19,374 nucleotides of DNA from Candidatus Nanohaloarchaea archaeon (lineage in GTDB: Archaea; Nanohalarchaeota; Nanosalinia; Nanosalinales; Nanosalinaceae), in contig JBDGRK010000032.1 in NCBI GenBank assembly GCA_042218075.1, positions 1 through 19,374 on the forward strand, read 5' to 3'. Positions within the stretch are counted from its first letter, which is position 1. Each line of letters opens with the position of its first letter. The notes beneath the pieces were generated by a model, which was not told the origin of the DNA, did not search any database, and saw only the letters and a list, made by a program, of their open reading frames with translations. This document shows positions 1 through 6,944 of the stretch, one piece after another. A program made the translations under genes and the position numbers.

Positions 1-79
1 TGGGAGCATTATTCTTCTCGAACTTCTCCCTCTTCCCTCTCTTGTGCTTGATCTGCTCTAAAACTTTCTCGTATGACAT
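1..79 (-). CDS. rps14: 30S ribosomal protein S14 (uS14), 5' part only; runs off the window
   Basis: Not in the ORF track. ATG at 79 overlaps the L5 stop (TGATG) and reads MSYEKVLEQIKHKRGKREKFEKNNAP. Lies directly after L5 as in the spc operon and resembles the N-extended DPANN S14. The Zn motif would lie outside the window. Confidence 0.8.
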   Translation of the reverse strand, partial: MSYEKVLEQIKHKRGKREKFEKNNAP

Positions 80-585
80 CAGGCTGTCACCTCCACATCG
101 AACCTGTCTTCAACAAATTCTCTTGCCTCCTCAGCCGATACCCTGTGATCTTTTCCTATCTCGCTGGGCTTGTGATCCCGCTTCTTTACACGGTAGCCCG
201 GCCTCTCGAGGTTAACAGCAACCTCGAATCCCATCATGCCGATATCGGAGTCGTACTCGACTCCCGGAACATCAATATACTCCGAGATACCGAACCCAAA
301 GTTGCCGTTCTCATCGAACGCGTTTTCTTCAAGATTGTCAGCTGCGGGAAGAACCTTTTCAAGGAACTCTTCCGCCTCCTTTCCTCTCAGAGTCACTTTG
401 GCACCGAGCTTAAGGCCCGATCTCTTACCGAAAGTCTTCGCTGCCTCGACAGATTCCGTCTTCACTGCCTGTTTTCCTGTAATATTTTCCAGCAGGTCGA
501 TCGCGTTGTCAACCTGGTCTCCTACATCTCCTACACCTACATTCACAGTCACCTTGCCGATCCTGATCTGCTTCATTTCATTCAT
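79..585 (-). CDS. rpl5: 50S ribosomal protein L5 (uL5)
   Basis: MNEMKQIRIGKVTVNVGVG, GAKVTLRG, FDENGNFGFGISEYIDVPG and RPGYRVKKR motifs; operon position. Confidence 0.98.
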   Translation of the reverse strand: MNEMKQIRIGKVTVNVGVGDVGDQVDNAIDLLENITGKQAVKTESVEAAKTFGKRSGLKLGAKVTLRGKEAEEFLEKVLPAADNLEENAFDENGNFGFGISEYIDVPGVEYDSDIGMMGFEVAVNLERPGYRVKKRDHKPSEIGKDHRVSAEEAREFVEDRFDVEVTA

Positions 586-1234
586 CGCCGATCACCTTCA
601 GATCCTCTATCGCGATCAGGTTTTCGGTTCCGATCTCAATCTCCTGCTCGTTTTCGATTATGGCGTCCCTGCCTATACCTTCATCTTCCATTTCAACTAC
701 TTCCGCGACCTCTCCGGCATGCCTTCCCCTAATAACCAGTACCTCTGCGCCTTCCTTTAGCTCTACTTCTTTTACAGAACCGTCGAACACTAGGGTGTTG
801 CCCGTAGAGTACTCGTCCCCGGTCCTGTAGTTTTCACCTGAATGAAGCCTGTAAACGTATTCTTCTCCCCGGGAGTCCTTGCCTGTGATCTTGGCCGCGA
901 CCCTGCTATCCTCAACCGGAACAAACTCAAGGTATTTTCCTCTTCTTACAGTCCTGTACTTTTCCTCCTTCTCCAGGATTTTGACTACATCCATGATGCC
1001 TATTCCCTCCTTGATATCCCTGATCCTGTCACCGTTTCTCTCCATATCGCCGTTCCTGACTATCTCTTTCGCTTCTTTCTCCGTGTCAGCGTATCCCAGT
1101 ACATCTCTTAAAAGCACAACTGCGGGTATCGCATCCTCACTGCTCCTTGAGCCTTTTATCGTGGAGACATACTTCGTCTCCTTCCTCTCTATCGGGTAAT
1201 GCTTTGGTGCGGGAAGTCTTTTCTGGTGCGTCAT
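578..1234 (-). CDS. rps4e: 30S ribosomal protein S4e (eS4)
   Basis: HQKRLPAPKHYPIERK N-terminus, LRDVLGYA, C-terminal KOW-like GRHAGEVA; lies between L24 and L5. Confidence 0.96.
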   Translation of the reverse strand: MTHQKRLPAPKHYPIERKETKYVSTIKGSRSSEDAIPAVVLLRDVLGYADTEKEAKEIVRNGDMERNGDRIRDIKEGIGIMDVVKILEKEEKYRTVRRGKYLEFVPVEDSRVAAKITGKDSRGEEYVYRLHSGENYRTGDEYSTGNTLVFDGSVKEVELKEGAEVLVIRGRHAGEVAEVVEMEDEGIGRDAIIENEQEIEIGTENLIAIEDLKVIGDE

Positions 1235-2001
1235 TCTTTATCCTCAACCTGGTTTTCAAGCCAGTCTATGAAAGTAGTCCTGTTCTTGTTGGATTTTTCG
1301 GCCTCAAGTACCTCTTCATAATCAACATCCTCCATTTCAGCAAGCTGATCCTTTGCATCACTGATGGTGCCGGAGACTATATCCTCGTAATCTACCGAAG
1401 TCCTAGGTTCAGTTTCCGTCTCTTCATCCACATCTTCATCTGCTTCTTCTACATCCCTTGATTCCTCTGCTTTATCTTCAACTTCTTCCTCCTCTTCGTA
1501 CTCTTCGTGAGCCCCTGACTCTCCTCCCTGCATCTGCTCCATCATCTCTTCCTCCTCGTCTTCCTCGAGAGCCTCTTCCAGTTCTTCCTCGTCGACCTCT
1601 ATAGAGGCGATGTCTTCCACGTCATACTTCTCAATCCTGTCCGTGTTTTCAACATTCAGGGCCACGAGCTGAAGGTTCGAAGGCCTGAGAGCTTTCTGTT
1701 GCTTAGATCCATCGGCTCTTTCCCTCTCAATACCATCAATGTATACAACTTCTTCCTCCCTGTCGATACTGTTTACAATACCCTCGGAACCCCTGTCGTC
1801 GCCTCTGACAACTTTCGCACGATCTCCCGTCCTGACCCTGATGTTCCTTGTCCCGAGTTCTTCTCTAAGCTCATTTGAAAGGTTCGCGGAGACCAGCCTA
1901 TCCTTTACGTGAAGCGGGGCGTTCTGCCTGTACTTCCTCTGCTTCGAGGGGTTGGTGCTCGAATTCCAGTCGCTGCTCCAGTCCTCAGTTCTCTGCGTCA
2001 T
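1231..2001 (-). CDS. rpl24: 50S ribosomal protein L24 (uL24) with a long acidic linker and extra C-terminal domain
   Basis: STNPSKQRKYRQNAPLH and KOW RVRTGDRAKVVRGDDRG; about 130 aa beyond the usual L24 core. Confidence 0.96.
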   Translation of the reverse strand: MTQRTEDWSSDWNSSTNPSKQRKYRQNAPLHVKDRLVSANLSNELREELGTRNIRVRTGDRAKVVRGDDRGSEGIVNSIDREEEVVYIDGIERERADGSKQQKALRPSNLQLVALNVENTDRIEKYDVEDIASIEVDEEELEEALEEDEEEEMMEQMQGGESGAHEEYEEEEEVEDKAEESRDVEEADEDVDEETETEPRTSVDYEDIVSGTISDAKDQLAEMEDVDYEEVLEAEKSNKNRTTFIDWLENQVEDKE

Positions 2002-2054
2002 TTGAAAACCCCGGGTTTTCTGCTATTCCGAAAATCTTCGATTTTCATCATCAT
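1998..2054 (-). CDS. Putative 18-aa bridging mini-ORF (MMMKIEDFRNSRKPGVFK)
   Basis: Its start overlaps the L14 stop (ATGA) and its stop overlaps the L24 start (ATGA). It spans the palindromic element. Confidence 0.4.
   Translation of the reverse strand: MMMKIEDFRNSRKPGVFK
2004..2046. repeat. Tandem double-palindrome element, copy 1
   Basis: GAAAACCC-C-GGGTTTTC, 9-nt spacer TGCTATTCC, GAAAATC-TTC-GATTTTC. Confidence 0.8.
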
Positions 2055-2449
2055 ACCACCTGTGAAGCGATTTTGCCGATCGGAGAGTACCTCTGGACTA
2101 CCTCCTTTGCGATCGGTCCTCTTGTAACGTTTCCTTTTGGAAGACCTGTCTCTTCGACCAGTACTGCGGCGTTGTCATCGAACTTTACAGTCAGTCCATC
2201 TGGCCTCTGGAACTCTTTTCTCTGCCGGACAATGACCGCCTCGTGTACCTGGTTCTTGACCTCCTGGTCTCCTCTGAGTATCTTTACCATGACCTTGTCT
2301 GCTATACCTGCGGAGTTTCTCCTGCTTCTCCTTCCTTTCTTCGACTGCACTCCGATTATCTCCAGTTTTTTCGCTCCCGAGTTGTCGGCGCAGGTCAGTT
2401 CCGCTCCGATGTCAAGGGTTCTAGTAATGTCTGATCCTATCGGTTTCAT
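2051..2449 (-). CDS. rpl14: 50S ribosomal protein L14 (uL14)
   Basis: CADNSGAK, AVIVRQRKEFQRPDG, FDDNAAV, GPIAKEV motifs. Confidence 0.98.
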   Translation of the reverse strand: MKPIGSDITRTLDIGAELTCADNSGAKKLEIIGVQSKKGRRSRRNSAGIADKVMVKILRGDQEVKNQVHEAVIVRQRKEFQRPDGLTVKFDDNAAVLVEETGLPKGNVTRGPIAKEVVQRYSPIGKIASQVV

Positions 2450-2733
2450 TCTTCATCTCCCTCTACAACTTCGGTTATAACCGAGCTCTTGGTTTTAGAG
2501 ATAGGTCTTGTCTCCTCAACTTTCACGAAATCTCCTTCCTCAACCTCAAGATCTTCCGGTACATGCGTTGTGATCTTGGTATTCCTCCTCTCGTACCTCT
2601 CGTACTTCGGAACTTTCTGGCTGTGCTCCCACCTCACAGTCGCGGACTTCTCCATCTTGGTAGAGATTACTTTGCCCGTGAAAGAGCTGCCTCTGGTAGG
2701 GAATTCTAGCTCAGTGGTTTTCTGTTCTGACAA
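2446..2733 (-). CDS. rps17: 30S ribosomal protein S17 (uS17)
   Basis: GKVISTKMEKSATV, PKYERYERR, ETRPISKTKS; TTG start preceded by a GAGGTG SD. Confidence 0.97.
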   Translation of the reverse strand: MSEQKTTELEFPTRGSSFTGKVISTKMEKSATVRWEHSQKVPKYERYERRNTKITTHVPEDLEVEEGDFVKVEETRPISKTKSSVITEVVEGDEE

Positions 2734-2774
2734 GACTTTTGCACCTCGATAAAGCGTGAACGCGTATCAAACTC

Positions 2775-2781
2775 TTTTAAA
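2775..2781 (-). promoter_or_regulatory. Possible TATA box for rps17 onward
   Basis: TTTAAAA on the minus strand about 45 nt upstream of the rps17 start, which would give a short leader containing the SD. Confidence 0.45.
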
Positions 2782-2893
2782 CCGCACCACGGGCGCTGAG
2801 AAAAACAGAGGTTTTCCCAATGCCGCCCGAGTATCGCCTTTCTTAAGAGATCCAGACAATAGACCTCCCCAGTCAGACGACTTCAAGCGGTTC
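2779..2893 (-). ncRNA. Putative Y-shaped structured RNA (sRNA or leader of rps17-rpl14-rpl24-rps4e-rpl5)
   Basis: Closing stem GAACCGC/GCGGUUU. Arm 1: GUCGUCU/AGGCGAU and GGGAGGUCUA/UGGAUCUCUU. Arm 2: CGGGCG/CGCCCG and UUGGGAAAAC/GUUUUUCUCAG. The G-U pairs only work on the minus strand. Confidence 0.65.
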
Positions 2894-2921
2894 ACTGATG
2901 TGACACAAATAGAAAATAATC

Positions 2922-2929
2922 TTTATAAA
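2922..2929 (-). promoter_or_regulatory. TATA box upstream of the structured RNA
   Basis: TTTATAAA about 30 nt upstream of the closing stem; predicted start near 2899. Confidence 0.6.
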
Positions 2930-2972
2930 CAGACTTTATGACTAAATTCATTCAGGCAGGATCTAGATTCAA

Positions 2973-2987
2973 TAGATATGCAATTGG
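2973..2987. repeat. 15-bp direct repeat, left copy
   Basis: TAGATATGCAATTGG, identical to 3760-3774. Confidence 0.9.
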
Positions 2988-3041
2988 AAGCCTCCAGAAC
3001 TGCGGGGAAAAATTTTACAGGTTCAAATTGAATTTATCTTC

Positions 3042-3728
3042 ATGGAAGATATTATTGCCGGAGACAAAGAGAAGAGCGAAGTAGTAAGCTTGAATGGCGC
3101 CATTAATGGAGAAGAAATAAATGTAAAACTTCAATTCTGGAAACCGGAAGGAATTTTTGCCGCATGGGAAATAGGAAGCCACGAAGGATATTTCAAGAAA
3201 GCCACTAGGACTTTTTCTGAAGGCGAGTACGCAACGTATTTAAATGAAGAAGGCCGTTTATTTCTGGGCAAAAAACCTCTAAACAAGAGAAATTATGATA
3301 AAATAACATTTATTGATTTAGACCGAGAAACTAACCAAAAAGTCAAAGATCAATATCAGGATATAAAGGCCTTCTATCAAAGTCCTTCAGGAAGTGCCAA
3401 AGGGCCGTTCGAAACAGTAAATCTGGATTTGGCACCTGATAATTGTGTATCGGGAGATTGCTATAAATCTAAAATGGATGCCTACTCTAATCAAAATGTA
3501 AATTTCTACTTTCAGCCTTGGAGGTTTCAGGAATCAAACGCGATATATTTTGCCTGGAAGTTTGCAGATAGGATAGGTATGTATGGCAGTTATGAACATG
3601 TTTTATGGCTAGACGGAGGGATTCCCTGTTTTGTGTATTTTGAGGAAGAAAGTATCCGTCAAAAAATAATGGATCAAAAGAAACAATTAAGAGGGAGCCT
3701 TGGAAACGGATTAAGAATTCAAGATTAA
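3042..3728 (+). CDS. Hypothetical protein, AT-rich, with an apparent internal duplication
   Basis: 228-aa ORF, visibly more AT-rich than the r-protein genes; no family recognised. Confidence 0.8.
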   Translation: MEDIIAGDKEKSEVVSLNGAINGEEINVKLQFWKPEGIFAAWEIGSHEGYFKKATRTFSEGEYATYLNEEGRLFLGKKPLNKRNYDKITFIDLDRETNQKVKDQYQDIKAFYQSPSGSAKGPFETVNLDLAPDNCVSGDCYKSKMDAYSNQNVNFYFQPWRFQESNAIYFAWKFADRIGMYGSYEHVLWLDGGIPCFVYFEEESIRQKIMDQKKQLRGSLGNGLRIQD

Positions 3729-3759
3729 TTCGGAATTTCCCACATCCCTCTAAATTGTG

Positions 3760-3774
3760 TAGATATGCAATTGG
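3760..3774. repeat. 15-bp direct repeat, right copy
   Basis: TAGATATGCAATTGG, identical to 2973-2987. Confidence 0.9.
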
Positions 3775-3780
3775 CAGTCC

Positions 3781-3828
3781 GAAAACTCGGTAGAGTTTTC
3801 TTGACTACAGAAAATTCCACGGATTTTC
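3781..3828. repeat. Tandem double-palindrome element, copy 2
   Basis: GAAAACTC-GGTA-GAGTTTTC, 9-nt spacer TTGACTACA, GAAAATTCC-AC-GGATTTTC. Confidence 0.8.
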
Positions 3829-3833
3829 GAAGA

Positions 3834-3850
3834 CCCGGATTTGAACCGGG
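3834..3850 (-). other. Isolated tRNA T-arm-like fragment
   Basis: Minus strand reads CCCGG-TTCAAAT-CCGGG, a canonical T stem-loop. No D or anticodon arm is visible upstream. Confidence 0.55.
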
Positions 3851-3905
3851 ATTCTGATAAATCATCTCTTATTGGCTTTTCAATATTCAAGACTAAAGTT
3901 CTTAC

Positions 3906-4457
3906 ATGTCATCAAAGAACGTCTTCTTAATCCACGGATTTGAGGGGAGTCCTGAAGATAACTGGTTTCCGTGGTTGAAGGACAAGCTGGAAGAGAAAGG
4001 TTATGAGGTAATCGTGCCAGATTTCCCAACCCCGGAAGACCAGACCCTGGAAAACTGGATGGATGTTTTCAAAGAGTACGAGGAAGAGTTGAACAGGAAT
4101 TCTATAGTTGTGGGCCACAGTCTTGGATGTCCTTTTATTCTTCACCTGCTCCAGGAAGGTTTCGAGGTTGAGAAAGCGATATTCGTGGCCGGATTTGTAG
4201 GCAAGATCGGAGACGAATATATTGACGAAGTCAATGAGGATATAGCCGGTAGAAAGTTTGATTGGGATAAAATTCGAGGAAATGCTGAAGAGTTTATCCT
4301 GATGCATTCAACTAACGATCCTTACGTGGATAGAGAGAAAGCGGACGAGCTGGAGGAGAAACTGGAAGCTAAATTAAACATTTACGAAGGATACAACCAC
4401 TTCAACGTGAGCGCGGGTTATACAGAGCTACCTGAAATCTTAGAATTTTTCTCTTAA
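3906..4457 (+). CDS. Alpha/beta hydrolase, RBBP9/YdeN family
   Basis: LIHGFEGSPEDNWFPWL, nucleophile elbow GHSLG, HSTNDPYV (Asp), NHFN (His). Confidence 0.93.
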   Translation: MSSKNVFLIHGFEGSPEDNWFPWLKDKLEEKGYEVIVPDFPTPEDQTLENWMDVFKEYEEELNRNSIVVGHSLGCPFILHLLQEGFEVEKAIFVAGFVGKIGDEYIDEVNEDIAGRKFDWDKIRGNAEEFILMHSTNDPYVDREKADELEEKLEAKLNIYEGYNHFNVSAGYTELPEILEFFS

Positions 4458-4468
4458 GAATCTTTAGC

Positions 4469-4753
4469 TCAATCCACGTACTCCCATTTACCCGGGAGGC
4501 TCTGGTCGATCCTGTCCTCCGGTCTTTCGTCGATCAGTTTGCCGTCCAGCTCCACTTCAGTTCCATCCGGGAGCTCGAATAGAAAAACTGAGATCTTCTT
4601 CTCCACTTTCTTTCCATCGATCTCCAGCATAGACCTTGTCTCGTCTTCAACTTCGCCAGAAATTCCTACCTGGCTCTCATCGGAAGACTCGATAACCTCT
4701 GCATGGAGTCCTATAAGTTCGTGTCGGGGAAGGTTATCGGGATTTATAGCCAT
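4469..4753 (-). CDS. rnp1: Ribonuclease P protein component 1 (Rpp29)
   Basis: NLPRHELIGLHAEV, GISGEVEDETRSML, LIDERPEDRI; usual position between aIF1 and S17. Confidence 0.95.
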   Translation of the reverse strand: MAINPDNLPRHELIGLHAEVIESSDESQVGISGEVEDETRSMLEIDGKKVEKKISVFLFELPDGTEVELDGKLIDERPEDRIDQSLPGKWEYVD

Positions 4754-4755
4754 CT

Positions 4756-5220
4756 CTACGGACCTATACCCTTATCTCCCATTACTCCGTAGGTGGCTCT
4801 AGTTACTACATCTGCCACACCTTCTGTATCTGGATCACCAGAGTTTTCTAGGTATCCGCTCTCACTGTAGACTTTATTGATGTATTGGGAAACTGCAGAG
4901 TGTGGATCTCCAGCCGATTCTTCAGGTAAATCTACTATAACTGCCTTTCCCGGAGTCAGGATGAAACTTCCAACTACCTCATCTCCCTGCGGTGTAACTT
5001 CAATTGTTTTGATCCCCAATCCATTATTTTCCGAAAAATACCTGAGAGCGGACGTGCCTTCGTATATCACTAATGTTTCATTTTCACCTTCTTCTACTTC
5101 ATCTACAGGCGGTACTCCTGAAGTATCGACATTTGCCATATCCGGATCCTGAAGCCCCTCAGATAAGTCATCTCTTATTCCATCTAAATCCCGTGAAGTC
5201 TTCGCTTCTAACTCTCTCAT
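4756..5220 (-). CDS. Hypothetical acidic protein inserted between aIF1 and Rpp29
   Basis: 154-aa ORF ending 2 nt before the rnp1 start, with its own TATA-like box; no family recognised. Confidence 0.75.
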   Translation of the reverse strand: MRELEAKTSRDLDGIRDDLSEGLQDPDMANVDTSGVPPVDEVEEGENETLVIYEGTSALRYFSENNGLGIKTIEVTPQGDEVVGSFILTPGKAVIVDLPEESAGDPHSAVSQYINKVYSESGYLENSGDPDTEGVADVVTRATYGVMGDKGIGP

Positions 5221-5239
5221 TATAATTCTACAACCAGGT

Positions 5240-5252
5240 AAAAAATTTTAAA
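5240..5252 (-). promoter_or_regulatory. TATA box for a leaderless transcript, next to a U-run after aIF1
   Basis: Minus strand TTTAAAA 26-32 nt upstream of ATG 5220, followed by TTTTTT. Confidence 0.5.
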
Positions 5253-5263
5253 CCAGTAATCAC

Positions 5264-5572
5264 TCAGTTCTGGACCTCTATCTGTTCCTCGGAGAATCCC
5301 TCGGCACCGAGGACTTCCTTGATCCTCCTGGTGTGATCTCCCTGCAGCTGTATCTGGCCGTTCTTGGCGGTTCCACCACAGGCCAGTTTCGACTTCAGAG
5401 TTGAGCTTAATTCATCAAGGTCAACATCTTCAGAGAGACCTTCGACGACGGTCATCTCCTTGCCGAAGCTTCGAGTGTCAATTTTTACAGTGATTGTCTG
5501 TTCGTCCCGTGCGATGTCGTCGCAGACGCACAGGTCTTGAGGCATACCGCATTTAGAACAGGTATCAGACAT
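5264..5572 (-). CDS. Translation initiation factor 1 (SUI1/aIF1 family)
   Basis: MSDTCSKCGMPQDLCVC, FGKEMTVVEG, LKSKLACGGT, IQLQGDH; start moved to ATG 5572. Confidence 0.96.
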   Translation of the reverse strand: MSDTCSKCGMPQDLCVCDDIARDEQTITVKIDTRSFGKEMTVVEGLSEDVDLDELSSTLKSKLACGGTAKNGQIQLQGDHTRRIKEVLGAEGFSEEQIEVQN

Positions 5573-5582
5573 TTTAGTATCT

Positions 5583-5777
5583 TTAATTCTCGTTGAGAAC
5601 AGTTTTGATCCTTGCAATGGTTTTCTTCATTTCGCCTATCCTGCCAGGGTTCTCAGCGAAGCCCCCGGTCTCTATCTGGCCTCTCTCCTCTACAATCTCC
5701 TTTTTGAGGTCGTTCATCTTTTCCTTAAGATCTGGTTCATTCATGTCCCGAATCTCGTCAGCCGTAAGTATCGCCAC
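5583..5777 (-). CDS. rpl29: 50S ribosomal protein L29 (uL29)
   Basis: AILTADEIRDM and ENPGRIGEMKKTIARIKT; likely GTG start at 5777 after GGTG. Confidence 0.95.
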   Translation of the reverse strand: MAILTADEIRDMNEPDLKEKMNDLKKEIVEERGQIETGGFAENPGRIGEMKKTIARIKTVLNEN

Positions 5778-5802
5778 AGTTAAACACCATTCAAGCTCGC
5801 TT

Positions 5803-6852
5803 TTATTCTTTCTTATTTTCAAGCCATTCTATGAAGGTTTTCCGCTCCTTGTTATCTTTCTCAGATTCAAGCGCCTGTTCATAGTCGGGATCTTCAAGCT
5901 CTTCCAGCATTTCTTTCGCATCACTGATCGTTCCCGATACAATTTCTTCATAATCCGCAGAACTTCCAGAGCCAGTTCCTGTCTCCTCATCTACATCATC
6001 CTCCTCCGCTTCTTCTGCATCCTCTGATTCCTCAGTTTCATCTTCAGTATCTTTGTCTTCCGATTCAGTCTCGATTCCTCCTTCCTCAAATACCTCCCTG
6101 ACTTCATCCTTCGAAATATCAGAGGTATTGATTTCCTCTAGCTCCTCTACCGCTCTTTCAATCTCCGCGGCAGTCATATTCTCCGCCTCTTCAATTATCT
6201 TCGCAATTCTTTCCGGCTTCTCCGCGGCTTCCTCATCCTCCAAAGTTTCATGGAAAAGCTCATCCTCCACGTCAACATCGCGGTGCATGAACTCCGGCAT
6301 CTCCTCCATAAGCCTTACTTTCACTCCGATCGCACCAGGTTTTGTCCTAGCCAGTTCGTATCCCCTGTCAACGTTCTGCTTCGCTGTGTCGCCACAGATT
6401 TTGACGTAACCGAAGGAGAACTTCTCCGTTCTTCCACGATTTCCGCTCAGCTTGCCTGAGATCTCGATCTCCGCCCCGGGAACGCCTGCTTCCTTGATCC
6501 TCCGCAGGTAGGTGTAACCCACTCTCTTGGGCTGCCCTCCCTTCTCAAGCCATGAGGCCATTGCCTCTGCGACAATATTCGCGTCGGCATCCGGTTCTTC
6601 AATCTCGTTTACTTCGATCTGGGGGTTCTCAAAGTCGAACTCTCTCTCGGTCTTTTCAGTCAGTTCCTTGATCCTCGACCCACCTCTACCGATGACCAGT
6701 CCCGGCCTCTGCGCGTGAATTACAAGTTTTGTGGAAGTAGGCGTTCTCTCGATATCGGCGTGAGAGTAACCAGCTCCCTCCAGTTCATCCTTCAGGTATT
6801 CGTGGAGTCTTACCTTCCTTGCGCCTTTCTCTATAAATTCTCTCTTCTGCAT
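5803..6852 (-). CDS. rps3: 30S ribosomal protein S3 (uS3) with an acidic extension and extra C-terminal domain
   Basis: KH domain RPGLVIGRGG, GAEIEISGKL, KPGAIGVKV; about 160 aa of extension. Confidence 0.97.
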   Translation of the reverse strand: MQKREFIEKGARKVRLHEYLKDELEGAGYSHADIERTPTSTKLVIHAQRPGLVIGRGGSRIKELTEKTEREFDFENPQIEVNEIEEPDADANIVAEAMASWLEKGGQPKRVGYTYLRRIKEAGVPGAEIEISGKLSGNRGRTEKFSFGYVKICGDTAKQNVDRGYELARTKPGAIGVKVRLMEEMPEFMHRDVDVEDELFHETLEDEEAAEKPERIAKIIEEAENMTAAEIERAVEELEEINTSDISKDEVREVFEEGGIETESEDKDTEDETEESEDAEEAEEDDVDEETGTGSGSSADYEEIVSGTISDAKEMLEELEDPDYEQALESEKDNKERKTFIEWLENKKE

Positions 6853-6858
6853 CGAACT

Positions 6859-6944
6859 TCACAAACTTCGATCATGCCAAGTTGCGTCCCGGCTTCCGCC
6901 TTCAGCAGTTTTTGGATCTTTTTCTGGTTTTGTCTGCATAGTAT
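6859..6944 (-). repeat. Intergenic repeat family B, copy 1; contains a 26-aa mini-ORF at 6859-6939
   Basis: Aligns with 8534-8608 at about 53 of 78 columns by eye. The ORF reads MQTKPEKDPKTAEGGSRDATWHDRSL. Confidence 0.7.

Noticed and set aside
1393-1600. Tandem repeat or CRISPR array in the (TCT/TCC)n-rich tracts
   Set aside because: These are poly-Glu linker codons; there is no repeat-spacer periodicity anywhere in the window.
2779-2893. 5S rRNA gene
   Set aside because: The shape is similar but the loop C CCGAAC and loop E motifs are not visible; kept only as an alternative to test.
2756-2941. 61-aa plus-strand ORF
   Set aside because: It overlaps the structured RNA and promoter on the opposite strand and has no coding signature.
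3834-3900. Complete tRNA gene
   Set aside because: Only a T-arm is present; no D-arm, anticodon arm or 5' acceptor strand can be formed.
6853-6939. UGA readthrough or selenocysteine extending S3 at its N-terminus
   Set aside because: The upstream ORF is in frame, but it belongs to a repeat family and S3 starts normally at MQKREF. Other TGA codons here act as ordinary stops.
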